Positions 1-8,698 of a DNA stretch of 29,414 bases are shown here, piece by piece. The stretch is from a virus (Duplodnaviria; Caudoviricetes): the IMG/VR virus record IMGVR_UViG_3300029775_000241, positions 1 through 29,414 of that record. The stretch is one strand, 5' to 3'. The notes beneath the pieces were generated by a model. It was given only the letters and a program-made list of their open reading frames with translations. It had not been told where the DNA came from and did no database searches. Numbering within the stretch: position 1 is the stretch's first letter; each line of letters begins with the position of its first letter. The position numbers were made by a program, and so were the translations under genes.

Positions 1-502
1 TTAAGTTCATACTGCCTTCGTAAATCTCCACCTCTGGCGAATTGGTACCGAAGAAAAAACGAGCAGCATCCAGTGCCTTGGTGTCAAAATACGGGAATAT
101 GGCGTTGGCCAGCTTTTTCATATCGCTGTAGCAAGTTGCGTCTGCTATGTGGTCGATGGGAAAAAGAACGTGAAACTTCGGCCGGGCTGGTTTGCCGTTC
201 TTTTCGCGCATATTGGACCGGCTGTAGTGAACGGCAAAGGTCACGCCGGGAAATGCCTCCATAACATCGGCTGGCAGCATCCAATCTTCAGGGTTTTCCG
301 AGTGGTCGTTATCACAGTCCACCGGCAGGCAGTCGCTGCCTATGAAGTTATCGCCGTTTCGATAGTTGTTTTTGTACTCTGCGCACACATAGTCTCGACC
401 GACCGCAGCGGCCAGGGATGCTGAATCGGTAATTTCCACCTTGTGAGGATAGGAGCAATTGCCGGGGTTGCCAATAAAATCAGAATGATAAATGGTGAAC
501 AT
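1..502 (-). CDS. Phage/plasmid primase, P4 family, N-terminal part (truncated by the window edge; missing from the ORF track)
   Basis: Manual translation from ATG at 502 (TGATG overlap with the upstream stop) gives MFTIYHSDFIGNPGNCSYPH...DCDNDHSENPEDW...VHYSRSN...PKFHVLFPID...DAARFFFG, open to the edge. It has primase-polymerase-like DxD and His motifs and sits downstream of the polymerase. Confidence 0.8.
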   Translation of the reverse strand, partial: MFTIYHSDFIGNPGNCSYPHKVEITDSASLAAAVGRDYVCAEYKNNYRNGDNFIGSDCLPVDCDNDHSENPEDWMLPADVMEAFPGVTFAVHYSRSNMREKNGKPARPKFHVLFPIDHIADATCYSDMKKLANAIFPYFDTKALDAARFFFGTNSPEVEIYEGSMNL

Positions 503-927
503 CAAACCTGCACCTCCTCGCAGTTTTCGGTAAAGTAGCGCAAACGGTAGTTCTTCCACTTGGCCCTTTTGATTTCAGCCTCCATACCGGCCGAGATAAT
601 GCTGCCGAACACCCATACCTCTGAGCATTTGCTCATCAGGGCGTTTCCAAAGAACAACCCAAGCTTGCGCTCGGCGGGATTATCATCGTTTAGAAACTGT
701 GGGAACAGCAGGTGCGGTGCGACGGGAATGTAGCCATTGTCCACGGCATATCGGCTGTAGTCCTGCGCGGCCTTCACGTTACCTTCCACATCTCCTGAAA
801 ATGGAGAGCAAATATATATGATAGGCCGGAATGCTCGAAGCGCCCGTTCCTCTTTTTCAATAATGGACATTGCTTCATAGGCAGTTGGGTCGTAATAGCC
901 CTCATTGTTGTATTTGTCTATACTCAT
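502..927 (-). CDS. DUF4406-like (nucleoside deoxyribosyltransferase-like fold) phage protein
   Basis: IYICSPFSGD...PVAPHLLFPQFL...CSEVWVFG..ISAGMEAEI motifs. Start set at ATG 927 behind an AGGAG RBS. Confidence 0.75.
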   Translation of the reverse strand: MSIDKYNNEGYYDPTAYEAMSIIEKEERALRAFRPIIYICSPFSGDVEGNVKAAQDYSRYAVDNGYIPVAPHLLFPQFLNDDNPAERKLGLFFGNALMSKCSEVWVFGSIISAGMEAEIKRAKWKNYRLRYFTENCEEVQV

Positions 928-971
928 TTGGAACACTCCTTTCACGGCGGACTTTTTGCCCACCTCTAAAT

Positions 972-1004
972 CTCACTGGAACAAAAAGCCCACTTTGGAC
1001 GAAA
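972..1004 (-). promoter_or_regulatory. Putative phage-sigma-dependent promoter, copy 2 (TTTCGTCCAAA-N11-GTTCCAGTGAG)
   Basis: 29/33 identical to 5230-5262. It is intergenic and ends 45 bp upstream of ATG 927. Confidence 0.6.
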
Positions 1005-1008
1005 CCCT

Positions 1009-2949
1009 TTAATCTTTTTTATAAAAATCTGTCTCGTAGCCATCGGCACGGAGTAGCAGCCCTTTTGCCCATGGCGGAGTCCGACCCATCTGCTGGCAGA
1101 CAGCATCCAGCGACATGCGTGGATTGGCTTCAATGACAACTTCGTCGTGGATATGCATGACAATGGAACAGCACCGGAGCGTCTGCATGGCGTAACAAAG
1201 TATGTCGCGGGCCGTGGCTTGAACGATATTTTCCACAAATTTCGGTCCATAAGAATCCAGCCGTTCCCACTTTTTTGTACCGCCGACACCTTCGTAAGTA
1301 ATGCAACTGCCGCCGAACTTGTTCTCACCGATGCGCGGCTTTACATAGGCAAGCTGCCTACCAGACGGAAGTGTGATGAACAGCATCCCGCTCTGGCAGG
1401 TGAAGACAATGCCATGGGTTTCGTTGGTATGCTTGTTGCGAACGGCCTCCATGGCGGCGCGGTCAACGTCCCACCAGAATTTCACGATGCGCGGATTGGA
1501 CTGCCGCCATGCATCAACGAGCGGAGGGAGCTCATCTTCAGCAAGCCCCATTTCAAGAGCACCCATTGCCTTGAGCGCACCAACTGAGCCACCATAACCG
1601 AGGGCAAGTTCGGCGATTTTGCCTTTCTGGCGCAGATGGCCATTGACACCATGTTTCTCAACCGGCACCTTGAACATCTGACTGGCTGAGGCGCAGTAGA
1701 TGTCGCCGCCTTTGGCAAATACGTCCTGCCGCCACTGTTCACCGGCGAGCCATGCGATCACTCGGGCTTCGATGGCGCTGAAGTCGGAAACGATGAACTT
1801 CGCATCGGTTCTTGGAACAAATGCTGTCCGGATGAGTTGCGACAGCGTGTCCGGCACATCCTCGTAGAGCATTTCCAGCGCATCAAAGTCGCCGCAGCGA
1901 ACAAGGGAGCGGGCTTCAGCTAAATCCTCCAAATGGTTCTGCGGCAGGTTTTGCATCTGTATAAGCCTGCCTGCCCAGCGACCTGTGCGATTGGCTCCAC
2001 AAAACTGAAACATCCCACGGGCGCGACCATCGGAGCAGACTGCATTTTGCATCGCCTGATATTTTCGTACCGACGATTTGGCGAGTTGCTGACGGAGGGA
2101 GAGAACATCTGCAAGTTCCGGTGGTGCCGTTTTCAGCAACTCGATGACTGCCTTTTTGCCAAGCGTATCGGTCTCCATGCCGTTATCGGCAAGCCACTGC
2201 TTCATTTGCTGTACCGAATTTGGATTATCCAGCTCAGTCAGCGATTTCATGGCAGTGGTGAGTTCAGAACGGGAACGACCGTCCATAGCAATGGCCTCCT
2301 GCACCAGCGTCATATCCAGCGCAACGCCTCGGTCATTTATCTCTTGGTCGAGGTGATATTCATCCCAGACACTGTCTGGCACCGGAAACTTGGCGAGCTT
2401 GGCCTGTATGGACATCTCTGTTTCCACATCACGGGCGTTATATTTTTTGAACGCAGACCACTTGTCCGGCGCGTGGTACGGGTAATTTCGGGAGCGCTGA
2501 TCGTTGGATTTCGTCGGAGCACAAGGCTGGCAGAAGTATTTAATGAGGTCTTTTCCCTCGGTGAGCTTCTGCTTATCCAGCTTGAGCACCGAACCGACAC
2601 CTTCCAGCGAAAGTGGCAGCCCCATTGTAGCCGCCCATATCATGGAGCACTTCCATGAAACAGGGTCGAGATACTCGCCGGTCGGCAGTCCAAGAAAGCG
2701 AGACAGGCAGACCCGCTCAAAGTTTGCATTGAAGGCCCATTTAGTCACCGTTTCATCCGTGAGCGCGTCTATCACTTCTGACGGTATTTTCTCGCCGCAG
2801 GCGAGGCCAACGACCTGAACAGAACCACCATCTACAGAATAACCGAACAGAAGAATCTCAAAGTCCGGTGACTCGACATAGTGGTAAACACCTGATTTTG
2901 CGAGATTGACGCTGCTATAGGTTTCAATATCTATACTGAGTGTTTTCAT
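1009..2949 (-). CDS. Phage family A DNA polymerase with 3'-5' exonuclease domain
   Basis: Exo I IDIETYS; motif A VSDFSAIEAR; motif B RQKGKIAELALGYG; motif C HIHDEVV. Start ATG 2949 behind an AAAGGA RBS. Confidence 0.93.
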   Translation of the reverse strand: MKTLSIDIETYSSVNLAKSGVYHYVESPDFEILLFGYSVDGGSVQVVGLACGEKIPSEVIDALTDETVTKWAFNANFERVCLSRFLGLPTGEYLDPVSWKCSMIWAATMGLPLSLEGVGSVLKLDKQKLTEGKDLIKYFCQPCAPTKSNDQRSRNYPYHAPDKWSAFKKYNARDVETEMSIQAKLAKFPVPDSVWDEYHLDQEINDRGVALDMTLVQEAIAMDGRSRSELTTAMKSLTELDNPNSVQQMKQWLADNGMETDTLGKKAVIELLKTAPPELADVLSLRQQLAKSSVRKYQAMQNAVCSDGRARGMFQFCGANRTGRWAGRLIQMQNLPQNHLEDLAEARSLVRCGDFDALEMLYEDVPDTLSQLIRTAFVPRTDAKFIVSDFSAIEARVIAWLAGEQWRQDVFAKGGDIYCASASQMFKVPVEKHGVNGHLRQKGKIAELALGYGGSVGALKAMGALEMGLAEDELPPLVDAWRQSNPRIVKFWWDVDRAAMEAVRNKHTNETHGIVFTCQSGMLFITLPSGRQLAYVKPRIGENKFGGSCITYEGVGGTKKWERLDSYGPKFVENIVQATARDILCYAMQTLRCCSIVMHIHDEVVIEANPRMSLDAVCQQMGRTPPWAKGLLLRADGYETDFYKKD

Positions 2950-2970
2950 AGGCAACCGTCCTTTCAGAAA

Positions 2971-3010
2971 CCCATATAGGGTGGTAGGCACGAAGCCCAC
3001 CACCCATGGG
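2971..3010. other. Intergenic hairpin between the SSB and polymerase genes (attenuator or mRNA stabiliser)
   Basis: GGGTGGTAGGC-ACGAA-GCCCACCACCC stem, extended by CCCAT/ATGGG. No clear U tract. Confidence 0.5.
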
Positions 3011-3020
3011 ACTAGATGTA

Positions 3021-3596
3021 TTAGGAAAGGAAGTCCTCGTCATCGTCTGTTGCGAAATCGGACTCAGCACTGACTTTGCCACCGAGAGGCTCGCCGTCTC
3101 GTACCTTCTGCAAGTTGTTCAAGCCACATGCGATACCCTTGTTTCCATTGCTATTAAAGGCATAGAAGCTGATGCTTGCCCTGCCGTACACGCCGGAGTA
3201 AACCTCGGAACGGGTCAGAATAGGATTGCGGTCAGCATCGACAATACCGGGAGCGGTGGCAGAGTTGGCGTTGATGAAGTAAGCATTGGCATAAGCGGGA
3301 TCGTCAGGACGCTCAGAATCTCCGTCCCTGAGAGGAATTTTGAGTGCTGCCAGCGGAGGCACAGACTTGCCGTTGCCTTTCAGCTTGGACTCGCCGTCGT
3401 GGTAGGCTGCTTCAATAGCGCCCTTGATTTTGGCGACGGTCTTGGTGTCAGACTTGGGAACGATAAGGCTGACAGAAAACTTTGGCGTACCGCCGTTTAT
3501 ACTCTTGGCCTCCCAGACGTTTGCATAGCTCCATCGGATGTCGGGACCGGTGATAACCTTCAGCGGGTTGTTTACTTTGTTTGTGTTGTTATTCAT
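3021..3596 (-). CDS. DUF2815 family phage single-stranded DNA-binding protein
   Basis: RWSYANVWE, PLRDGD, VYSGVYGRASI, GIACGLNNLQK motifs and an acidic tail (DDDEDFLS). GGAGG RBS before ATG 3596. Confidence 0.88.
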   Translation of the reverse strand: MNNNTNKVNNPLKVITGPDIRWSYANVWEAKSINGGTPKFSVSLIVPKSDTKTVAKIKGAIEAAYHDGESKLKGNGKSVPPLAALKIPLRDGDSERPDDPAYANAYFINANSATAPGIVDADRNPILTRSEVYSGVYGRASISFYAFNSNGNKGIACGLNNLQKVRDGEPLGGKVSAESDFATDDDEDFLS

Positions 3597-4728
3597 AATC
3601 GTTTTCCTCCATAAAATCATTTTTGGCTGTGTTCATAGCCGGGCGTTTATCGCTCTCCGGCACGAGCGTGGGTTTACCTTGCGGTTTTTCAATGTAGGCC
3701 GCGAGAAGTTCATCAAAGCGGGATTTACCGAGCAGCTTCTGCATGGCAGTGACACCGAGAATCTTGCTTTCGTATGGGTCAAAACCAGCCCTACTGACTG
3801 CGTCGGCAACTACCGTCTCATTGGTGTATCTGCGGTTGGAACGTCCTTCGACCAGCTTATATCCGGTCCAGTCTTTGCCGCTGATTGCCTGCTGCAATGC
3901 GTATTCCTTGATATCCGCCGCCCAAGCGACAAGGTCATCAACCTTTGAGAGGATATCTTCAATGTCCTCGTCTGTAAGCAGCGGCGGCAGCTTGAAGTCA
4001 TAACGGGCAAGCTCCATATTGGCGTCAGCTCTGGCACGGCAGTCGTGCTTTGCCTTACAGAAACCACACCATTCGCCGCAGAGGAAGTTCCCGTCACCAG
4101 CAAAAGCAAGGTCGGCTGTGGGTTTTAGTACCTCGACGGCCCAGTGGTAAAGCTCATCCTTTGTGAGCTCATAAGTGCTGATGTTATCGCGGCGTGGCTG
4201 ATAAATGGTCATGCGAACGGTATCAATGTCGTAGATTCCGTCAAACAGCTCCAAAGCACCGAGAGCGTAGCACTGCATTTGTGGGTTTTCGGTTGCATTG
4301 ACCATGATTCCGCGCCCATGCTTGTAGTCGATGATTTTCAGGGTGCCGTCTGCAATGATAAGGCAATCTGCGGTACCGAAGCCGGACGCTACCCAGCGGG
4401 AGAAGTCGACACGCTGCTCGATCATGACAACAGGATCGCAGCAGGTTTGCTTAGCAGCCTCCACCTGTTCGAGAACATAGGTGGCATAGCCGGTGGCGCA
4501 GTCGTCCATTTCCTCATTAAACCAGGTAAGGTTTTCAGTTGGGTCTTCGGCCTCCATACCCAGCGCCCGGCGAAGCTTATATTCACAGAGCGTATGGGCG
4601 TCGGTGCCTTCGGCGGCGTAATCGCTGCCCTTGTCGTCATAGCTCTCGCAGAGGCGAGCTGAAGGAGGACAATGTAACCAACGCTCGGAGCTGGAGGCGG
4701 AGAGAAGTGCGTGTCCTTTAGGTGGCAT
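3589..4728 (-). CDS. DUF2800 family PD-(D/E)xK (Cas4-like) phage nuclease
   Basis: HALLSASS, GTDAH, FGTADC, IIDYKHG, QMQCYALG and a CxxxCxxCxxxxxC cluster. Typical neighbour of DUF2815 and PolA. Confidence 0.88.
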   Translation of the reverse strand: MPPKGHALLSASSSERWLHCPPSARLCESYDDKGSDYAAEGTDAHTLCEYKLRRALGMEAEDPTENLTWFNEEMDDCATGYATYVLEQVEAAKQTCCDPVVMIEQRVDFSRWVASGFGTADCLIIADGTLKIIDYKHGRGIMVNATENPQMQCYALGALELFDGIYDIDTVRMTIYQPRRDNISTYELTKDELYHWAVEVLKPTADLAFAGDGNFLCGEWCGFCKAKHDCRARADANMELARYDFKLPPLLTDEDIEDILSKVDDLVAWAADIKEYALQQAISGKDWTGYKLVEGRSNRRYTNETVVADAVSRAGFDPYESKILGVTAMQKLLGKSRFDELLAAYIEKPQGKPTLVPESDKRPAMNTAKNDFMEENDYE

Positions 4729-5032
4729 CGTTCAGTCCCTCCACATCGGCAAGTAACCCCCCATACCGGGTAGGGTCAATTTCAGATAACTTATTGGCAC
4801 CGTACTTCTGGAGCAGAGAGCGAATCTGAGCGGTGAAACCCGCACGGGACTTGTCCGCAAGGACTGCTCTGACCGCTTCAAGCGTAAGTACAGGCTCGGA
4901 GGAAACTGTTTCTTCAGGTACAGGTTCGTCGCCGCTGAACTGCTCTTCAAGCCAATTGGCGGCTTCATTAATAGCGACAGCGGCACTGCGCAGGTCTTCG
5001 ATGATTGCGGCCATTTCGCTTATTTTGCTCAT
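4718..5032 (-). CDS. Conserved phage hypothetical protein
   Basis: 104 aa with LEAVRAVLADKSRAG..KYGANKLSEIDP. AAAGGAG RBS; overlaps the DUF2800 start. Confidence 0.75.
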   Translation of the reverse strand: MSKISEMAAIIEDLRSAAVAINEAANWLEEQFSGDEPVPEETVSSEPVLTLEAVRAVLADKSRAGFTAQIRSLLQKYGANKLSEIDPTRYGGLLADVEGLNDAT

Positions 5033-5183
5033 CTGTTTTTTCTCCTTTCATAGATTGACTCTGTGTGGACAGCAAGGTCAGTTTTCTTGCCAGTCGCATG
5101 GATACGACGCTGATTGCGGTTAGAACATCGACGAGTTCTTCGTCTGCAGTGCAGCTCTGGGATTTTGTTTGGGACTGATACAT
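4968..5183 (-). CDS. Small phage hypothetical protein, first gene of the replication operon
   Basis: GGAGGTG RBS before ATG 5183. 71 aa (DEELVDVLTAISVVSMRLARKL). Overlaps the next gene by 65 bp. Confidence 0.6.
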   Translation of the reverse strand: MYQSQTKSQSCTADEELVDVLTAISVVSMRLARKLTLLSTQSQSMKGEKTDEQNKRNGRNHRRPAQCRCRY

Positions 5184-5229
5184 TCGTTTCACCTCCGTTC
5201 TGAAAGCCGGTTGTGTATCGCTTTCACAA

Positions 5230-5262
5230 CTCACTGGAACGAAAAGGCCTGTTTGGACGAAA
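5230..5262 (-). promoter_or_regulatory. Putative phage-sigma-dependent promoter, copy 1 (TTTCGTCCAAA-N11-GTTCCAGTGAG)
   Basis: 29/33 identical to 972-1004. It follows the sigma gene terminator and ends 47 bp before ATG 5183. Confidence 0.6.
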
Positions 5263-5280
5263 ATCTGAAAAACTTTTTTG

Positions 5281-5320
5281 AAAAAATCTCCGACCACCGT
5301 ATTTGGGCGGCCGGAGATTT
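5281..5320 (-). terminator. Intrinsic terminator after the sigma-like gene
   Basis: AAATCTCCG...CGGAGATTT inverted repeat ending in a T run on the minus strand, 6 bp after the stop codon. Confidence 0.7.
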
Positions 5321-5326
5321 CTGTAA

Positions 5327-5830
5327 TTAGATGATGTCGCCGTACTCCTCACGGAGCAAGGCTTCAACCTTTTCAAGACGCGACCTGAAGGTGCTTCGGG
5401 GTATTCCTACAAGGTCGGCGATGTCGCGGTCTGACATTCCCTCCATGCGAAGCTCACCAATACGGAGGGCTTCCGGAAACAGCTTGTCCAGCCGCTTAAT
5501 AAGCTGTTGCAGTACGATTTTGTCGGTCACGATTGATTCAATGTCGGCGCTGGGGTCTTCATGCTTGTCCCCCATGAGCTCCTGCTCATACTCAAGCGAC
5601 CATACTTTTCCGGAAGAGTGATACGGGCAGTCGAGGCAGCAGCCGTCGCAGCGCCATAACTTGCTTCTTGGGCACATGCACTGACCGTTCTTCTGGGCTT
5701 CCTTCTGGGTGCGCCAGATAGGGCGATAGTATTCGTAGTAGAATTCCTTTGTCACCGGGACGAACTGGTGGGTACTGGGTATGTAGACCTTGTACTCGCG
5801 GTCTGGGCTTTGATTTGCTTGGTCTTTCAT
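5327..5830 (-). CDS. Sigma70 region-4 HTH protein (phage sigma-like activator) with a Cys-rich cluster
   Basis: C-terminal EGMSDRDIADLVGIPRSTFRSRLEK HTH; internal CMCP..CDGCCLDCPYH; AGGAGG RBS. Confidence 0.8.
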   Translation of the reverse strand: MKDQANQSPDREYKVYIPSTHQFVPVTKEFYYEYYRPIWRTQKEAQKNGQCMCPRSKLWRCDGCCLDCPYHSSGKVWSLEYEQELMGDKHEDPSADIESIVTDKIVLQQLIKRLDKLFPEALRIGELRMEGMSDRDIADLVGIPRSTFRSRLEKVEALLREEYGDII

Positions 5831-5833
5831 TAG

Positions 5834-5880
5834 ATTTCCTCCTGTGATTTGAATTGCGTGAGCAATCGCAGGGAGGAAAT
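5834..5880. repeat. Inverted repeat covering the RBS of the sigma-like gene
   Basis: ATTTCCTCCTGTGATT...AATCGCAGGGAGGAAAT. Confidence 0.7.
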
Positions 5881-5913
5881 TTGTTGTTGGATGTAAAATT
5901 TACCATTACATTA

Positions 5914-5942
5914 TTGAATTTTGAGTTAATGTGTGATAAACT
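5914..5942 (+). promoter_or_regulatory. Putative sigmaA promoter for the NACHT gene
   Basis: TTGAAT-17 bp-TAAACT with an extended TGn. Confidence 0.55.
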
Positions 5943-6010
5943 GAATTAGTGTGATTTGATATGAATTATTCGAAAAACAATTTCATCAAACACGCCGTTC
6001 TGAAGGCAAC

Positions 6011-6041
6011 AAAAAACGCTCCTGCGATTTCTCACAGGAGC
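6011..6041 (-). terminator. Minus-strand intrinsic terminator-like hairpin
   Basis: Minus strand reads GCTCCTGTGA-GAAA-TCGCAGGAGC-GTTTTTT: 10-bp stem, GNRA loop, U tract. Confidence 0.65.
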
Positions 6042-6127
6042 TATCCAAATGTTGATATGATTAATGTCCATTAATGATAAGGTTAATAGCGTTAATAAGG
6101 TTAAAAGTTATATACGGAGGCAAAAAC

Positions 6128-8698
6128 GTGAACAATACTGCATATCCGGTTCTTTGCGGCGGCACCCTCCTCATTCAGATATTAGAGTCAAAGAAATCTA
6201 CAGCCACACGCCGCCAACGTACCCAAAGCGCGTCGGATGCTTTTCATGAGCAGGACGTATTGCTGGGGCTTGTTCAGATAGTACAGCCAGACTATCTGAA
6301 GCCAGCAGGCGAAACATTTAAAACTTATACCACTTATTTCAAACGGTGCGCGGAGAACACGCCTCTGGATTTGCAGTTTGCAGACGAGGCTGTGGTTTCG
6401 GCGTTCCTGTCACGTTTAGAAGCGGATTATGCCGGGGTGCTGAACGACATGACGGGATTCGTGAATAACTATATTGAGGTCGGGACAACAAGGCAAAAGG
6501 ACATAAAACTTGCAAGACGGCTGATAGAAATGATAACGAATGACGCGGGCGACCCCCCGATTCCTGACAACTATCAGTTTGTAGTGAGCAAAGACGGTGC
6601 CTCGGTTAAGAAGAGTGAACTTTCGACGGTATCGTCTGTTTATCTTCCTGCACTTCTTTTGAGCGTATGGAAGTTCATTGTGACGGAACGAAAAAATAAT
6701 AGCGTAGGCGGGGCAACAGTAGTCGCTTGGTCAACTCCAAATGTTCAGGGGCGTTATAGTGTCCCTGAGAGTTCGCCTGTGCCTGAAGGCTTCACTGTAG
6801 ATTGCGGTGAGTATATAGCCCCGGCCATCACCATACCAGATACTGAATTTTCGGAAGAACTGGCTCCAGAAGTCACCAATAAATTTATAATGCCAGACGT
6901 TTATACATACCTTCGAAATGCTGATGAGAAGTACAGCACTATCAAGACACTTTTGTACAACGACCAGCCGAAGCCCTTTTATAGCTTCTATGTGTGTAAC
7001 GCCATTAGATATAGGGATGAAGATAGTCGCACGTCAAAGCATCCGCTAAATATGTCAATTCTGGAAGAAGCCACAGTTGATAAGATTCGAAAAATTTCCA
7101 GATTTGTTATCATTAGTGGCACAGGTGGACTCGGAAAATCCATGATGATGCGCCATCTTATGCTGAATGCCATAGCGAATTTTGACGATTTGAAGCTATT
7201 CCCTGTTTTTATTCCATTGAAAGATTTTGATAAGACGGTGGATTCGCTGTTTGAGTATGTCTACTTCAAAATTTGCGTAATTGACAGCAGCTTAACTTTG
7301 GAACAATTTGAGCAGCTACTTGTTCGTGGGTCGTGCCTACTTCTGTTTGACGGGCTGGATGAAATCGGTGTCGGCTACACGAAGTGGTTTGAACGCGAAT
7401 TGGAAGCATTAACGGATAAGTATTCAGGAAACATGTTTATCCTATCATCGCGTCCATTCCAATCTTTCGTTTCTTATGGGCGTTTTAGCTTGTTGAGACT
7501 GATGCCCTTTCGCCCACGTCAAGCCATGCAGTTAGTAATCAAGTTGGAGTTTAGGCCTGATGAACCTGCTATAAAAGGGAAGTTTCTGGAGGCATTGGAA
7601 AAGACCCTGTTCCGAACACATCGGTCATTTACCGAAAATCCTTTGTTGCTTACAATCATGCTTCTGACATTTGAGCAGTACGCCGAAGTGCCTTCTAAGA
7701 TGCACATCTTTTATCGTGAGGCTTTTGAGGTGTTGGCAAAGAGACATGACGCGAGCAAGGGTGCTTACAAACGCGCCTTGAGGACGGGCCTGTCTGTAGA
7801 CGCCTTTGCTGACTACTTTGCCGAGTTGTGTTTCCGCTCCTATAACGATGAGAAATTTGAAATGACTGCCGAGGAGTTTGACGGATACTTTAATCAGCTC
7901 AACGCGCGGGCAGTGGCAAACGACAAGAAGACAACGGCGAGCGACTTTCGTGAAGACCTATGCGCTAACTTGTGCCTGATGTATTTTGAAGGCAACAGCT
8001 ATCACTTCACGCATCGGTCTTTTCAAGAATATTTTTGTGCGCTATTTTTCTCAAAACAGAAAGATAAATTTATCGTTAAGCTCGGGGACTTCTTTGAAAA
8101 ACATCAGCGCAGGATGTACGGCGATAATACGTTCTTTATGCTCTACGATATGGTGACCGAAAAAGTAGAGGAGTACATCTTGTTACCGTTTTTGACTTCG
8201 CTGTTCGAAAAATGCGATACGACAAATGGGTACTGGACTTTTCTTGAAGGAATGTATCCACAAATTACGTATTCGTCAGACGACGAATACCGTTTTACAC
8301 GTAGGGTTCTTGAGCCGAGTTCTTTTATCTTTAGTGCCATTCTTGCGATAAGTGGATTCAATAAAGGCGGCATCGTGACGAGTACTACCCTCGCTGAACT
8401 GCCTTATTATGAAGAACTCGTAATAGAGCGAATTCCGCACTTGCGGCAAGATACAATTCGTAATCGGCAAGGAGAGGTGATTGATGTTGAAGAAGTTGAA
8501 GATGAGGAAGCGGGATACATCTGTCAATTTTCTGTCGCCGATATTCGAAAACATCAGGAAGATTTCGAAGAATTGCTGGATGCACTAAATGATGACCAGT
8601 TTATCTGCAAAAAACAGTATATTGCCATCCGGAAATTCTTCGGAGAGCTTTCAGCAAGGCAGAAGCATGAAGATGATAACCTTCTCGATCTGCTATAA
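6128..8698 (+). CDS. NACHT/STAND NTPase (bacterial NLR-like) with an uncharacterised N-terminal domain
   Basis: Walker A GTGGLGKS, Walker B LLLFDGLDE, sensor ILSSRP, NPLLLTIM, winged-helix FTHRSFQEYFCA. GTG start at 6128 behind GGAGG. Confidence 0.88.
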   Translation: MNNTAYPVLCGGTLLIQILESKKSTATRRQRTQSASDAFHEQDVLLGLVQIVQPDYLKPAGETFKTYTTYFKRCAENTPLDLQFADEAVVSAFLSRLEADYAGVLNDMTGFVNNYIEVGTTRQKDIKLARRLIEMITNDAGDPPIPDNYQFVVSKDGASVKKSELSTVSSVYLPALLLSVWKFIVTERKNNSVGGATVVAWSTPNVQGRYSVPESSPVPEGFTVDCGEYIAPAITIPDTEFSEELAPEVTNKFIMPDVYTYLRNADEKYSTIKTLLYNDQPKPFYSFYVCNAIRYRDEDSRTSKHPLNMSILEEATVDKIRKISRFVIISGTGGLGKSMMMRHLMLNAIANFDDLKLFPVFIPLKDFDKTVDSLFEYVYFKICVIDSSLTLEQFEQLLVRGSCLLLFDGLDEIGVGYTKWFERELEALTDKYSGNMFILSSRPFQSFVSYGRFSLLRLMPFRPRQAMQLVIKLEFRPDEPAIKGKFLEALEKTLFRTHRSFTENPLLLTIMLLTFEQYAEVPSKMHIFYREAFEVLAKRHDASKGAYKRALRTGLSVDAFADYFAELCFRSYNDEKFEMTAEEFDGYFNQLNARAVANDKKTTASDFREDLCANLCLMYFEGNSYHFTHRSFQEYFCALFFSKQKDKFIVKLGDFFEKHQRRMYGDNTFFMLYDMVTEKVEEYILLPFLTSLFEKCDTTNGYWTFLEGMYPQITYSSDDEYRFTRRVLEPSSFIFSAILAISGFNKGGIVTSTTLAELPYYEELVIERIPHLRQDTIRNRQGEVIDVEEVEDEEAGYICQFSVADIRKHQEDFEELLDALNDDQFICKKQYIAIRKFFGELSARQKHEDDNLLDLL

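Noticed and set aside
1147-4721. Long plus-strand ORFs (e.g. 1933-2658, 3006-3614, 4144-4662)
   Set aside because: They are antisense shadows of well-supported minus-strand phage genes and have no recognisable motifs.
3589-4728. cas4 or casposon call
   Set aside because: The Cas4-like fold lies in the standard DUF2800-DUF2815-PolA phage replication module. There is no cas1 and the polymerase is family A, not B.
6064-6249. Leader peptide ORF over the GTTAA repeats, and ATG 6074 as the NACHT start
   Set aside because: Neither has an RBS. GGAGG precedes GTG 6128 instead.
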